Assembly: GCA_032718475.1 (NCBI GenBank)
Contig: JAUCBJ010006927.1
Coordinates: 1-57,129, forward strand
Reading direction: 5' to 3'
Origin: Nemertoderma westbladi
Taxonomy: Eukaryota; Animalia; Xenacoelomorpha
Length of the DNA stretch: 57,129 bases
Of the stretch, positions 34,326 through 47,051 are shown piece by piece. The notes under the pieces are model-generated. The model made no database searches. It was not told the origin of the DNA and worked only from the letters and a program-made list of their open reading frames with translations. The position numbers and the translations under genes are program-made. Position 1 is the first letter of the stretch; every line of letters starts with the position of its first letter.

Positions 34326-36596
34326 ATGTTACCAGTAAGTCTTAAACTATTTTCTCTGCTGTCAGCTCTTTTCCTTTCGCCAGTAAATCCAACAGGCGTC
34401 TGTGGCGATAAAGAAGGGAAGCTGTACCTCATCAACTTTGGGTTGGATGTTCCCTTATGTGACGATGGAAACAATGGAACTAAATCCGGTTTGATTCTAG
34501 AACAGGTTAGTTTCTTATTTAATCCATAAAGTATTCATTTAGCATTTTTATCGTAATTTTTCATTTAATAATTTGCTGTGATAATATAACCCTCCTCTAT
34601 GAATAGTGTTTGATTTATTCTTCAAAGCAGAGAAACGTTTTCTCACAGAATAATTCCATTACCTAAATAAAAGGTTAGCATCCTAAAGAGTGTGACAGCG
34701 CAGATATGACTGTAGCCAATAGCCAGTTCCTCACCAACCGTCTGTTATTTATTCAATTCAGGATTTATTTTTGTTTTTGTCGAGTATTGCAGACTAGTTT
34801 GCTATTCTGTATTTGAATATCCATCCATATTGGGTGTCCAGTTGTCCTTTTTGGTTCTCCAGTTGTCCGTATAGGTTATCCGCGTCTCCGACCATTTGGT
34901 GTTCCCTTGTCCACAACAGGTCTCCCCATGTCGCGTTGGATATCCGTCTGTCCACCCATGTCTGTTTCCCTGTCCACGTTTTATTCCCATGTCCATGTTT
35001 GCTGTCCCGTTGTTCCCACACTATAATCAGCCAGTTTGTCCCCAGCTCATATAAGTTGTCCCCAGCTCATATAAGTTGTCCCCAGCTCTTACCAGTTGTC
35101 CCCCAACTCATATAAGATTTCTTGTAATATTGTAATGTGGTGGACATTTTAACATTTTCTGCCACTCCCTCTTTTTGGAGTAGCATGTAAAATAATATTA
35201 GCGATCATACAGTAACACTTAATAACTTAACCACGTAAAAACAATACCATATTATTCTTTCATCAATAGCTATTTATAATTTATTTATTATTACAGGCTA
35301 ATAATGATGGACAATGTGGAGCCGTTAATGTAAGTGTAATAGTTATATTAAATTATTATTATTATTTTATATCCGCAGTATTGAATCGCAAATTTTCAAC
35401 ATTAAACTCAGATTTACCAGTAATGATTGGACTGGGAGGAAAAAGTTGTGAACAATGTACAATCAATAATATTTTTCTTCCCAATAAATATGATCTGAAC
35501 AAAGGTTTAATTTCTTATCGTCCCAAAGATTTTTATATAAAGCAGACATCACTAATTATACTACCCCACATAAAGGCGGCACAGTGCCATTTTCAAAATT
35601 TGTAACTCTTTCTCATTTGAACCTCATGTGCGCCACACTGCCGCCTTAATCATTTGTAACATAATTATTTGCTAAATTAAATTCCATGCGATTTCATAGA
35701 TATTGTAAGTGGTTAAAAGTTGAGTTGAATTCGTTATTAAAAAACATCTATAATTCCATAGGCCCGCCCTCTAAAAGGAATCGGAATGGATCTTTCCACA
35801 AATCTTACCGGATCTCACACCCCCTCACTCAACGGTATTCACTAATATTTCTAATAAAAATATTTCCTAACAGGTTACAGAATTGGAAGAACAGAATACA
35901 GAGTTGAAAGAAAATATTACACAGTTGAGTGACCAAGTAATCGATATAAATACAACCTTAACTAACCAAGTCGATGAGCTAAAGAACGATGTTAGTTTCT
36001 TTAGCCAATTCTTGTTTGGGCAGGAGATAAAGATTCAACAAACAGTTGATGGTCCGGAGATAAAGATTCAACAAAGAGTTGATGGATCTGTTGACTTCTA
36101 TCGAAACTGGGATGAATATGTTGAAGGATTTGGCGACTCGAATACCAATTTTTGGATGGGGTTGGAGACGATCCACCGGCTGAGTAAAAACGGGGTGAAG
36201 TTGAGAGTCGATTTGTGGTACACTGGATGGGCGTGGGATGTTAAAACCGACCAGTGGGTGAATTACACCAACGAACACCGATACGCGGAATACAAGAACT
36301 TCTCTATCGGATCAGCTGCAACTAATTACACCCTACATGTATCCGGTTACCATGGTACTGCTGGTGACTCATTGGAGTATCACAACGGTTTCCCATTCTC
36401 TACCAAGGACCGCGATAATGACCGCTATGACTTCGTCAACTGCGCCGTAGAACTTACTGGGTCGTGGTGGTACAACTACTGCGCGTGGAGTAACTTGAAC
36501 GGAGAATATGGTGGGGAGTATCCGAAAGGACCTTATTGGCGTCATTTTACTGAAGGGAATCCGGCTTCTCGAGTTGAAATGAAGATTTGGATTTAG
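34326..36596 (+). CDS. Intact secreted FReD protein of about 311 aa; exons 34326-34505, 35297-35329 and 35874-36596
   Basis: Signal-like MLPVSLKLFSLLSALFLSP. Phase-0 GT-AG junctions (CAG|gttagt, ttacag|GCT, AAT|gtaagt, ctaacag|GTT). Cys-containing N-terminus, coiled coil VTELEEQNTELKENITQL, then FReD. Confidence 0.88.
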
Positions 36597-38104
36597 TAAA
36601 ACTGTAAGTTTTATATAAAATTACTGAATAATTTCAATAGAGTTGCGTTGGAAACTAACTTTTACATTTAATTATAAAATATATAAATAATATTAATATA
36701 ATTATAAAAAATATTAATATATAATATAATTATAAAAAATATTAATATATAATATAATAAATAATATAATATAAATATAATATATATATTATAAACTATA
36801 ATAGTAAATAAAATAAATAAATAAATAAAATAATAAATAGTAGTAAATAGTAGTAAATAATAGAAAATAATAAAAAAATTAATATAATAATAAATATTAA
36901 ATAAAATATTTATATAAATATAAATAAAATATAATAATATATTTGGGTGAAAAGTTAATAATAATTATCTAATACTGTAGTTCCGGATTAAATATCGTTT
37001 TTTACTATGAAATTATTGACTTTAACGTTTTTATTATTTATTTTACAGTTTGAATTCCCAATGAGTTGTAGAAGAGATACTGTACCTCGGCCTACAGTTC
37101 TATATAATTCATTAAACACAACTGATATATGTTACCAGTTTTCAGTATGTGTGATGGTTATGGGTTATATTAGGTTATTGGTTAATGTTTGGTTAACCCC
37201 TTCCAAATATGCTTACTGGTTTATGTTTGGTTAACCCCTTCCATATATCGTGGGTAATCTGGTAAAACCCCTAAGTCGATTTTTGGCCATTTTCAGGTTT
37301 TTGGTGATTTTGGTACCATAGGAATCATATGTCTGTTGATCATTTCCATGACGGTAAATTGTATAATCAATAACAATATAGGCTTGACCATCTTCTGCAA
37401 AAAATGAATGCCTTACTATTGGCATAACCATATCGGAATCAGAAGACATTATTTAATTTATTTTATTGTAAATCAAACAAACAAACAAAGTAAAATTTTT
37501 AAACTAAAACCATTACAAATGATTAATTGTGATTAAAGCAAGATATTATATATAAGATATTTTCAAAAATAATACAGGTCTTAAACTGAAAAAAAATAGC
37601 CTAAATTCGGTTTATTGATTGGTTGATTAACCGGTAGGGAACTACTGTATAAACAAAAAAAATTATTTGGTTCTGCGTAATAATAATAATCACTAATGCT
37701 CGTATACGCCTAGCTGGAACGTGACGGAATCTCATGTATCATACTGGTTGGTTTGTTGATTTGGCGACAGCAGTCGTGGAGTTGGCAATCAATATAATAT
37801 GTGCATGATGCGTGTAGATGGCCACGTCGTTACCATATACAGTATACAGTGGTGGTGGTAACGTGGCAGTGGTGGTAACGTGGTGAAAAGGTGAATAACA
37901 TTAGGGTTAGTCAGTCAGTCGAGTAAGGCGGGCATCGTGAGGTTAGGCTACGCTACGATTGGTTGATGGTAACTGCTGATGGTGACATATGGTGGGGTAA
38001 GGCAGACATCGCGTGGTTAGGCTACGCGTAGGTGAATAAGCAACGATTGGTTGAAGGTAAGGCAACGACGCGAATCAATACTGTTGGTGACAGATGGTCA
38101 TTAA

Positions 38105-39669
38105 CCCTATTAGTACCGGGCTATAAAATGTTGTACAAATACCGGGAGGGGGTCATATTGACCCCCCCCTCTAAAATCTACAAATATTTACGAAAACGTC
38201 TGATTTTTTGTTTGTACGTAGGTATCACTTGTCTGGATCCGACCGAAAAAAAAAATTTTCGAAAAAATGTACTGGGGTGGTTATATTGCAGCACCAAAAT
38301 TACAAGTAGTGCACAATTTTCACCAAATTTGAAAGTTACATTTTCGGCTAATTATTTTTCAATACAGGTTTTCTGGGGTGTAAAATACATTGGAAAATAT
38401 TAAAAAATGATATCATTACTATAAATTGCTGTTTAGTCCTCTCTGCGTAGGAAAAAAATGAAAAAAACAAGTAACCAGCACTTTTCAGTTAGAACACAAA
38501 ATTTTTAATTCACTTATACGATGCTATAAATTCACATTTTCAGGTTTTCGAGGGCGCTGATTCTAATGGAATACATTTCTAATATGCTAGATCATTGCTA
38601 CTTGTATTTTTCGGCGTAATTTGGCAAATTTTGGTGCTAGCACCAAATTTCGTACCCATCACCAAAAAGTACAAGTTTGCGATGTCCAGTGCAGTTTTTA
38701 TTGATTCCATCGGATTCAGGACCCTCATAAACCCATATAACGCAAGAAACAAGGTGATACTATCTACTTATCAATTTGCATATTTTCCAAAATTTGGTGC
38801 TGGCACAACAATTTTCACCCACCGGCGAAAAATACAAGTTGGACAACTCTTATGAAATTTTTACTGATTCCATTGAATTCAGAACCATCACAAACCTGTA
38901 TAACGCAAGAAACAAGGTGACACAATCAATTGATATATTTGATGGTTTTCAAAATTTGGTGCTAGCACCACATTTTGCACCCACATCCGAAAAATACAAG
39001 TTTGAGATGTCTAGTTCGATAATTATATTTTCCATTGAATTCAGAACAGCCATAAACCTCTAAAACGCAAGAAATAAATTCTCACAAGCAATTTTATCTA
39101 TTGAATGGATTTTCAAAATTTCGTGCTAGCACCAAAATTTGCACACAGCACCGAAAAATACAAGTTTGATACGCTTCGTGCAACTCGTATATATTTCTTC
39201 GAATCCAGAAACCCAAAACAACCCCAATTGCGTAAAAAACAAGTTTCAAACGATCAATTTACAAAATTGACTTATTTCAAAATTTGGTGCTGGCACCAAA
39301 ATTTGGCACCCACCGAAAAAAACAAGTTTAAAATTTCTAAATCAATTTATATGAATTCCATCAAATTTCTAACACCAAATAGAAAATAAATAGTAAATAG
39401 TAAATAAAAAATAGAGATGTTACAATTCATATTTAATGAAATGTAATTTTCAAAAAACGTCTCAAAAAAAGTGCCAAAAGTAGGGTTAAAAAATGGCGCT
39501 ATAACTCGAAAAGTACCCAATATTTTTGAAAACGGTTTTCACTACTAGGAAGACAATAGATTTTTAGGAAAAGTCATAAAATTTCAGATTCCCAACTGCG
39601 TTTGTTTCAGAATTATAATAAAAAAACCACGGGAGGGGTCATATTGACCCCCCCCCGGGTTTAATAGGG
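38105..39669 (+). mobile_element. Non-autonomous TTAA (piggyBac-type) element with internal repeats of about 180 bp
   Basis: TTAA at 38101-38104 and 39670-39673; ends ccctatta../..taataggg. Subterminal ggggtcatattgacccc at both ends and repeated palindrome tttggtgctagcaccaaa. Confidence 0.85.
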
Positions 39670-39782
39670 TTAAACACCACGATTTAGCGCAGGAATTTGG
39701 CATTTTTAATAGCCCTCCGAGATGTAGCCCGTAGCCCAAGCTAGGGAGGAGTACGCTCAGGACTATGTTTCTCCTACTACTA

Positions 39783-41880
39783 ACGGCCCCCTCCATATTT
39801 TCTTGTCGCATGATCTGTTCTCGTCCAAGGGGTTCGATGTTCTTGCTCCTATTGGGGAATATTGTTGATATTGTGATGGAGGAATGTCACCCTGTCCCCC
39901 CCCCCCCCCCCCCGCCGGTATGTTTGGTACTGGGGTTGATGTTAATATATTGGGGCCCATGCACCTATCCGCAATAATCCCCCCCTCCCCTGGATATATG
40001 TTGTGTCCCTGGAAATTATAGTCATACTGCTGTACCGGTACCGATATAGGCCTATCTACTTCTTGCCTACCTACCGGTATGTACTCCGCGACTTCCGGGT
40101 TTAATCCCGTCGTTCGCGCTACCCTTTCGCCTACTCTATCTCTCCCAGCATGGCCTATAATAGTATGTGCAGTAAGGCCTACAGTATGTCCTGCAGTCTG
40201 CATGTGCCCTTCCGAATTGAAGTTTATTCTTCGCGAATCTCGAATCTCCCCGCGACTACCGTACCCTCGTTCGGCAGCTAAATCCCGTCAGGAAGCTCCT
40301 CTTCGATCCCCACTCCTGTTCTCTTCTTCGTATCGGTACATCCTGTACCCCTCTCCTGGCGTGCAGTGCGTTTCTCCGGGGCGACGGCAATCTCCCGAAG
40401 CTCGACCCCACTGACTCTCCGTCTCCATCTGTCCTACTGACGGCTCGCTATCCGTCCTCGCTCTCCGGTTGCTCCTAGCAATGACTCTTCTACTATCTTC
40501 CCTTCTTCTATCTTCGACCCCTCTATTAAACTCTACTAATCTACTTCTATCTTCGACCTCTCTATTAAACTCTACTAATCTTCTCATATCTTTGACCTCT
40601 CTATTAAACTCTACTAATCTTCTCTCTTCTGACTGGGCTCGACGTTCCGTCGCCCGCCCTCTCGCGACGTCAACCTGTCTCTCTCTGCTCGATCGCACGC
40701 CGCTGGGGATACTCGCAATCCCCCTATTACTCTCCATCGCCGGGTGTTGCGGTTTACCTAATTCGGCCCGCGCATTATCCGCCGACGCCTGTGGGACACT
40801 CTCTGCCCCCCCTCTCTCGCTACTAATCTCTCGTGGTGGTGCGCCCGTAGCCCCCCCCCCCCCCACTCGCCACATCTAACTTCACTATCTCTTACTCCAC
40901 TTCTACACCCCTCTTGTGGGGCATTCTCTGCCCCCCCTCTCTCGCCACTAATCTTATGTGGTGGGGCGCCCGTAGCCCCCCCCCCCCCCCCCACTCGCCA
41001 CATCTAACTTCACTATCTCTCACTTTACTACTACACCCCTCTCTAGTCGACACACTGTCTCTATTACGGCCGGGTCTATTCACCCCCGCCTCTCTCTCTA
41101 CTACTGCGTGGCCTTCCAGGCCCACCTCGGGTTGGCTCACCCCGCTACCTCCTGCCTACCAACTACTTGGCCTGCCAGGCCGCCGTCTGCTGGGCTATAC
41201 ACGTCTGACCAGTTCACATTAATAGCACCATTCCCAATATTATTCGTTAAGTCAATTAAATTATTAGAATTTGAAACAGGATTATTATTTAAATTATTTT
41301 GTGTATTTAGATTTAAATTATTTGAATTATTTTGATTATTTGAATTAATATTTAAATTACTACTACCAGGTAAAATATTTCCTGTAATAAAGGGATTAGG
41401 GTTATTTACTACGGTACTATTAATACCAACATTTCCTAACGTACTACTACTACCCCCCCCCCCCCCCCCCCCCCCCGCCCGTACGGTTACTGTATGTACT
41501 GTACGTGTACCGCACGCTCTGTTCTCTTGCCTCACGCTCTTCGCGTTCACTCTCTTGCTCCTTCCTTCTCCCCATTATCCGCTCTAATTCTTTCACTCTT
41601 AATTTATGCGCCAGATTTATCTTCCGCATCCGTCTTTCTTTTGCGGAGGATGTAGCAGACTCATCGGTTGCGACGGACTCCCGGCGCCCCTCCGTCCTAC
41701 TAACTTTCCCCCGCTTTCCGGGGTTCTCGCTGACCGACGAGACCGAATCCTCGGAGCTAACCTCGGATTCGCCCTCGTGCGGTCCCGCCCAACCCACTAA
41801 CTTAACTTCCCTGGCATCGACTAAGTATGGCCCTATGTACACTACACCAGGCCCCATACCCCTACCCCATACCCCTATTT
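39783..41880 (-). mobile_element. Diverged inverted fragment of the BEL element's Gag N-terminal region
   Basis: YIGPYLVDAR..SEDSVSSV, RSSRERQVDVA and TTGLNPEVAEYIP match 11750-14530. Confidence 0.9.
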
Positions 41881-42444
41881 GTGTCTGTTGAACAAAAATC
41901 ACGCACACCGAGTTGCGAACTAATGAAGCGTGTTGGTGAGTGTATTTCCACCAAATTTGTTCGAAAATATCTCAGGAACATTAATCCTAACGATATCAAT
42001 TCCTATAATTTGATCAGCTTTATCCGTCTAGATCCAGAGTATGGTGATTTGTTCATCAACTCGCATCCAGAGTTACGTGAAGTGTATCGACGGCCCTACG
42101 AATATCGAGCCCGAGAACGTGAGTTGGAAAGAACCATTAAACCGAGGAAGTTTCTTATCTAATATCTAATATCTAATAAACCTTCTTTTATCTATGGAGA
42201 ACCTTATTCACGACTTTGAAGTTGTTTGAACTGTAGTTGAGAGTGTTTTAAGGTCACTGGAGTTATTTACAATAATCCCTCTATAATATATCCCGTTTAT
42301 TGTTTTAGTTAGAAAAGCCCGTTAACCTGCTCCTTGCCCTCAATTGGTAATATGATCGTTTATTGTTGTGGTTAGAAATGCCTGCCTCTGTAACCCATTC
42401 CTTTCCCTGTATTGTTAACGATATCGTTTTGGTGAAAAAACGGA

Positions 42445-42902
42445 GTGTTTTGCTGCAGGCCTATGGAAACCGACTATCAGACTGTCAAGGAATCAATAAA
42501 TTTTGAATGTTTTGGCAACGTTTCGCTGACCATTTCGAAAAACATTATCTGCCCACGCTACAACTTCGAACTAAGTGGTTTGCGCAGCAAGAAAACGTCA
42601 GCGCTGGAGACATGGTCCTTATTGTAGATTCAGATCTTCCACGTAAGCGGTGGCAGACAGGTCGTATCATCGAGACTCACATCTCGGATGACGGTTTGGT
42701 GCAATCGGTAGAACTCGTCGTCATGCGACGTAACTTCAAGAAACCGGGAATTGTCTTTGAGACACAGCAGCTCAATCGCCCAGTTGGTCGTTTGTGTTTA
42801 CTGGAAAGAGACAGAGAACTCTCCGGAAACTATGGAAGACAAGATACTCTTCCCACGACCACCTCCCTAATCCAACAAACATCTAGGGACTCCCCAGCTT
42901 AG
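42445..42902 (+). mobile_element. BEL/Pao integrase C-terminal relic (DUF5641-like)
   Basis: FWQRFADHFEKHYLPTLQLRTKW..GDMVLI..PRKRWQTGRI..DDGLV..RPVGRLCLL. Confidence 0.88.
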
Positions 42903-42920
42903 TAGCATCTGGAGTGGGTG

Positions 42921-44224
42921 TGTGACCATATTATTTTATATTCTTATTATTTTATACTTATGTATGCATTATTATGTAATTTTATTATAATCGTTTTCTT
43001 TAATTTTATTTAGTAGAATATTATTTTAGCAATTATTTAGTGTAATATATTAGTGTTTATTACTTAATTACTTATATATTATATATTTAGTGCGACGGCG
43101 AGAAATAATTCTTTTCTCTTTCCTTACTGTCCGTATTACATTACAAATACGTAACTACAGTAAGATGAAATGTCCGTACTTATTAAAGTACAATAAAGTA
43201 ATAAACCTAAGGGTCGCAATACGCTAAATCCTCTTGAAACAGTGTAGTTACTATGACGACAGCTAACAGCTGATCTGTACACGTGTAGCTTTTCCCTTGT
43301 TCTCTGGTGTTTCTTTGTTCAGTCAACCAATCAGAGCGATTCTCTTGCTTTTTGTACAGAAACCTCCGAGAAATCGCGCAATGCATTATGGGTCAATGTT
43401 TACCTTTTTTCCTGAGCCCAGAAGACCGGCTTGGGAATCTCTGTGTTTTCAGGCTTTAGCCCAACATTAGTAGGCTTAATTATAGAACGTATATCTGTTA
43501 TCTTAACTAATCATACCAAAACTCTTACTTACTCACTAATCAAACACCGCATTTTTACTGCTATTTACTGTCGATTATTCATTATATCAGTTGATGGAAT
43601 ATTATTATATTTGGAATATCGATAAATAATTACAAAACCCTCAATCTTCTTGATATACTGAAGGTAAGAGAGACCGGTTACATATAACGATTGCGACTTA
43701 CATTAAAGTGGTTTTGAAGTGAATCTAATGCTATTTCATAGGCACTACATGTATCGGTTGTTGTTCTCTTTATATGTGACTAAAATTACTGAAGGTCGGC
43801 AGATCGGTGTGCAGCATTGTGCAGTAGTGTGTATGATTGTGACTGATAACAAAGCATCTCCTAAAGAATGCGCTATATACGTGAATCCATAGCCATCCCG
43901 TTGTGTCTAGTTTAAGTCATAACTCTGTTTACATATTTAGAGCGCCACGTCCTAAAGGAACTGTTAATATTTCCCGAAAGTGAATAATATTTGTCAGAGA
44001 TTATATATTACGATCAGTCGAATAATACAGTAGGCCTACACCGCAATAAGGTTAGGCTTCTGAATCCAGTCTCCCGGGTATATCCAGCGGGTGAATGGTC
44101 GCGCATAGACTGGCTTCGGCTAATGTAGTGTGTCAAATACTCGTCATAGGCTAAAGTCGATTTATTATCTAGAAGACATCCAAATTTGGCAGGTTAAACT
44201 GCTAAAGGTCTGAAAGCGCGAACA
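42921..44224 (+). repeat. 3' LTR (about 1.3 kb) of a second BEL/Pao family
   Basis: Follows the integrase relic and purine tract ggagtggg; TGT...ACA termini. Inverted copies start at the same end (tgttcgcgc) at 45314 and 53361. Confidence 0.72.
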
Positions 44225-44231
44225 ATGGAAA

Positions 44232-44570
44232 ACACACACTCACTCAGGTACAGAGGACAGTTCTACGTAACAGGTGGGTTTGGGTAACTATGGTAACACA
44301 CACTTACAGAGGACCAGTTCTACGGTACAGGTGGGTTAGGGTAACTATGGTAACACACACTCACTAAGGTACAGAGGACAGTTCTACGGTATAGGTGGGT
44401 TAGGGTAACTATGGTAACACACACTTACAGAGGACCAGTTCTACGGTACAGGTGGGTTAGGGTAACTATGGTAACACACACTCACTAAGGTACAGAGGAC
44501 AGTTCTACGGTACATGTGGGTTAGGGTTACTATGGTAACACACACTCACTAATAAGGTACAGAGGACAGT
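44232..44570. repeat. Minisatellite with alternating 55-62 bp units
   Basis: cagaggacagttctacggtacaggtgggttagggtaactatggtaacacac repeated about 5.5 times. Confidence 0.9.
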
Positions 44571-44571
44571 A

Positions 44572-45313
44572 ATCAAACATTTCCGGAACTATATCGAAGG
44601 ACGGCAATTTACATTGTTTACAGACCATAAGCCCTTAGTTGCTGCAATGACTGGCACCGCCGATCGCACCCCCCGCCAAACTCGCCACCTTTCCGTCATT
44701 GCCGAGTTCACTACAGATGTCCAACACATTAAGGGAACCTCCAATGTCGTAGCAGACACACTATCACGTGCCCCTGTTTAGTCCAATGAGCCCAACACCA
44801 GATCAGGTACAACAGTGTCAGCTATTCTAATTCCTACAATCGAATACGCACAGTTGGCTTCAGACCAGGCTACATCCAAAGAAATCGAAGCTTATCGCAC
44901 AAGCACTGCTGTCACTTCACTCAATCTCGAAGACCTTGCCTATAATGGCTACTCTATCTTATGTGACACTGCCACTGGAAAGGCCAGACCAGTCATACCT
45001 GCCAATTGGACAAAACGAATATTTGAGGCTATCCATGGCCTTTCTCACACTGGTTACCATCCCACACATACCGTGCAATAGCAAAACGATTTGTTTGGCA
45101 TGGGATGAAATCAGATATCCGCAACTGGTGTCGCTCCTGTCACCCGTGTCAAGTCTCTAAGGTCAGCCAACACATACACACACCCTTAGAATCCCGCCCC
45201 CCACCGGAATGGCGCTTTGGATCTCTTCATGTAGACCTTGTGGGGCCCCTTCCCATCTCTGAGAAAATGTGCTACCTGTTTACAATAGTAGATCGCTATA
45301 CCAGGTGGCCAGA
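44572..45313 (+). mobile_element. Ty3/Gypsy (CsRN1-like) RNase H-integrase relic
   Basis: FTDHKPL..RQTRHLSVIAEF..NVVADTLSR; HGLSH..CRSCHPCQ; LHVDLVGPLP..TIVDRYTRWP. Confidence 0.88.
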
Positions 45314-45587
45314 TGTTCGCGCTTTTAAGACCTTTGGCAGTTTAACCCGCCAAATCTATATGTCTTCTAGGTTATAAATCTACTCCAGCCTATGACAAGT
45401 ATTGAACACCTATAATAATTCTAACATTAGCCAAAGCCAGTCTGTGCGCGACCATTCACCCGCTGGATATACCCGGGAGACTGGATTTGGATGCTTTAAT
45501 TTGATTGCGGTGCAGGACTACCGTACTATTCGATTGATCGTTAATATATACTCTCTGACAAATATTATTCACTTTCGGGAAATATTA
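45314..45587 (-). repeat. Truncated inverted copy of the 42921-44224 LTR end
   Basis: Reverse complement of about 43965-44224. Starts exactly at the LTR terminus and interrupts the Gypsy integrase. Confidence 0.8.
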
Positions 45588-45588
45588 G

Positions 45589-47051
45589 CCTAAAAATCTA
45601 TTGTCTTCCTAGTAATGAAAACCGTTTTCAAAAATATTGGGTACTTTTCGAGTTATAGCACCATTTTTTAACCCTACTTTTGGCACTTTTTTTGAGACGT
45701 TTTTTGAAAATTACATTTAATTAAATATGAATTGTAACATCTCTATTTTTGATTTACACCGGTTTTTTGGTGTTAGAAATTGTATGGAATTCATATAAAT
45801 TGATTTAGAAATTTCAAACTTGTTTTTTTCGGTGGGTGCCAAATTTTGGTGCCAGCACCAAATTTTGAAATAAGTCAATTTTGTAAATTGATTGTTTGAA
45901 ACTTTTTTTTACGCAATTAGGGTTTTTTGGGGTTCTGGATTCGATGAAATATATACGAGTTGCACCAAGCGTATCAAACTTGTATTTTTCGGTGCTGTGT
46001 GCAAATTTTGGTGCTAGCACGAAATTTTGAAAATCCATTCAATAGATAAAATTGCTTGTGACAATTTATTTCTTGCGTTTTAGAGGTTTATGGCTGTTCT
46101 GAATTCAATGGAAAATATAATTATCGAACTAGACATCTCAAACTTGTATTTTTCGGATGTGGGTGCAAAATGTGGTGCTAGCACCAAATTTTGAAAACCA
46201 TCAAATATATCAATTGATTGTGTCACCTTGTTTCTTGCGTTATACGGGTTTGTGATGGTTCTGAATTCAATGGAATCAGTAAAAATTTCATAAGAGTTCT
46301 CAAACTTGTATTTTTCGCCGGTGGGTGAAAATTGTTGTGCCAGCACCAAATTTTGGAAAATATGCAAATTGATATGTAGATAGTATCACCTTGTTTCTTG
46401 CGTTATACGCGTTTATGAGGGTCCTGAATCCGATGGAATCAATAAAAACAGCACTGGACATCGCAAACTTGTACTTTTTGGTGATGGGTATTAAATTTGG
46501 TGCTAGCACCAAAATTTGCCATATTACACCGAAAAATACAAGTAGCAATGATCTGGCATATTTGAAATGTATTCCATTAGAATCAGCGCCCTCGAAAACC
46601 TGAAAATGTGAATTTATAGCATCATATAAGTGAATTAAAAAATTTGTGTTCTAACTGAAAAGTGCTGGTTACTTGTTTTTTTCATTTTTTTCTTACGCAG
46701 AGAGGACTAAACAGCTATTTATAGTAATCATATCATTTTTAAATATTTTCCAATGTATTTTGCACCCCAGAAAACCTGTATTGAAAAATAATTAGCCGAA
46801 AATATAACTTTCAAATTTTGTGAAAATTGTGCACTACTTGTAATATTGGTGCTGCAATATAACCACCCCAGTACATTTTTTCGAATTTTTTTTTTTCGTT
46901 CGGATCCAGACAAGTGATTCCTACGTACAAACAAAAACTCAGACGTTTTCGTAAATATTTGTAGATTTTAGAGGGGGGGGGGGGGGGGTCAATATGACCC
47001 CCCCCCCCCCCCGGTATTTGTACAACATTTTATAGCCCGGTACTAATAGGG
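45589..47051 (-). mobile_element. Second, inverted, one-end-truncated copy of the 38105-39669 element
   Basis: Near-identical reverse complement. The intact TIR ..ccggtactaataggg abuts TTAT inside the gag fragment. Confidence 0.88.

Noticed and set aside
38032-39389. ORFs inside the TTAA element (and their mirror at 45814-46934) as transposase
   Set aside because: They are short products of the 180-bp internal repeats and have no DDD/DDE motifs.
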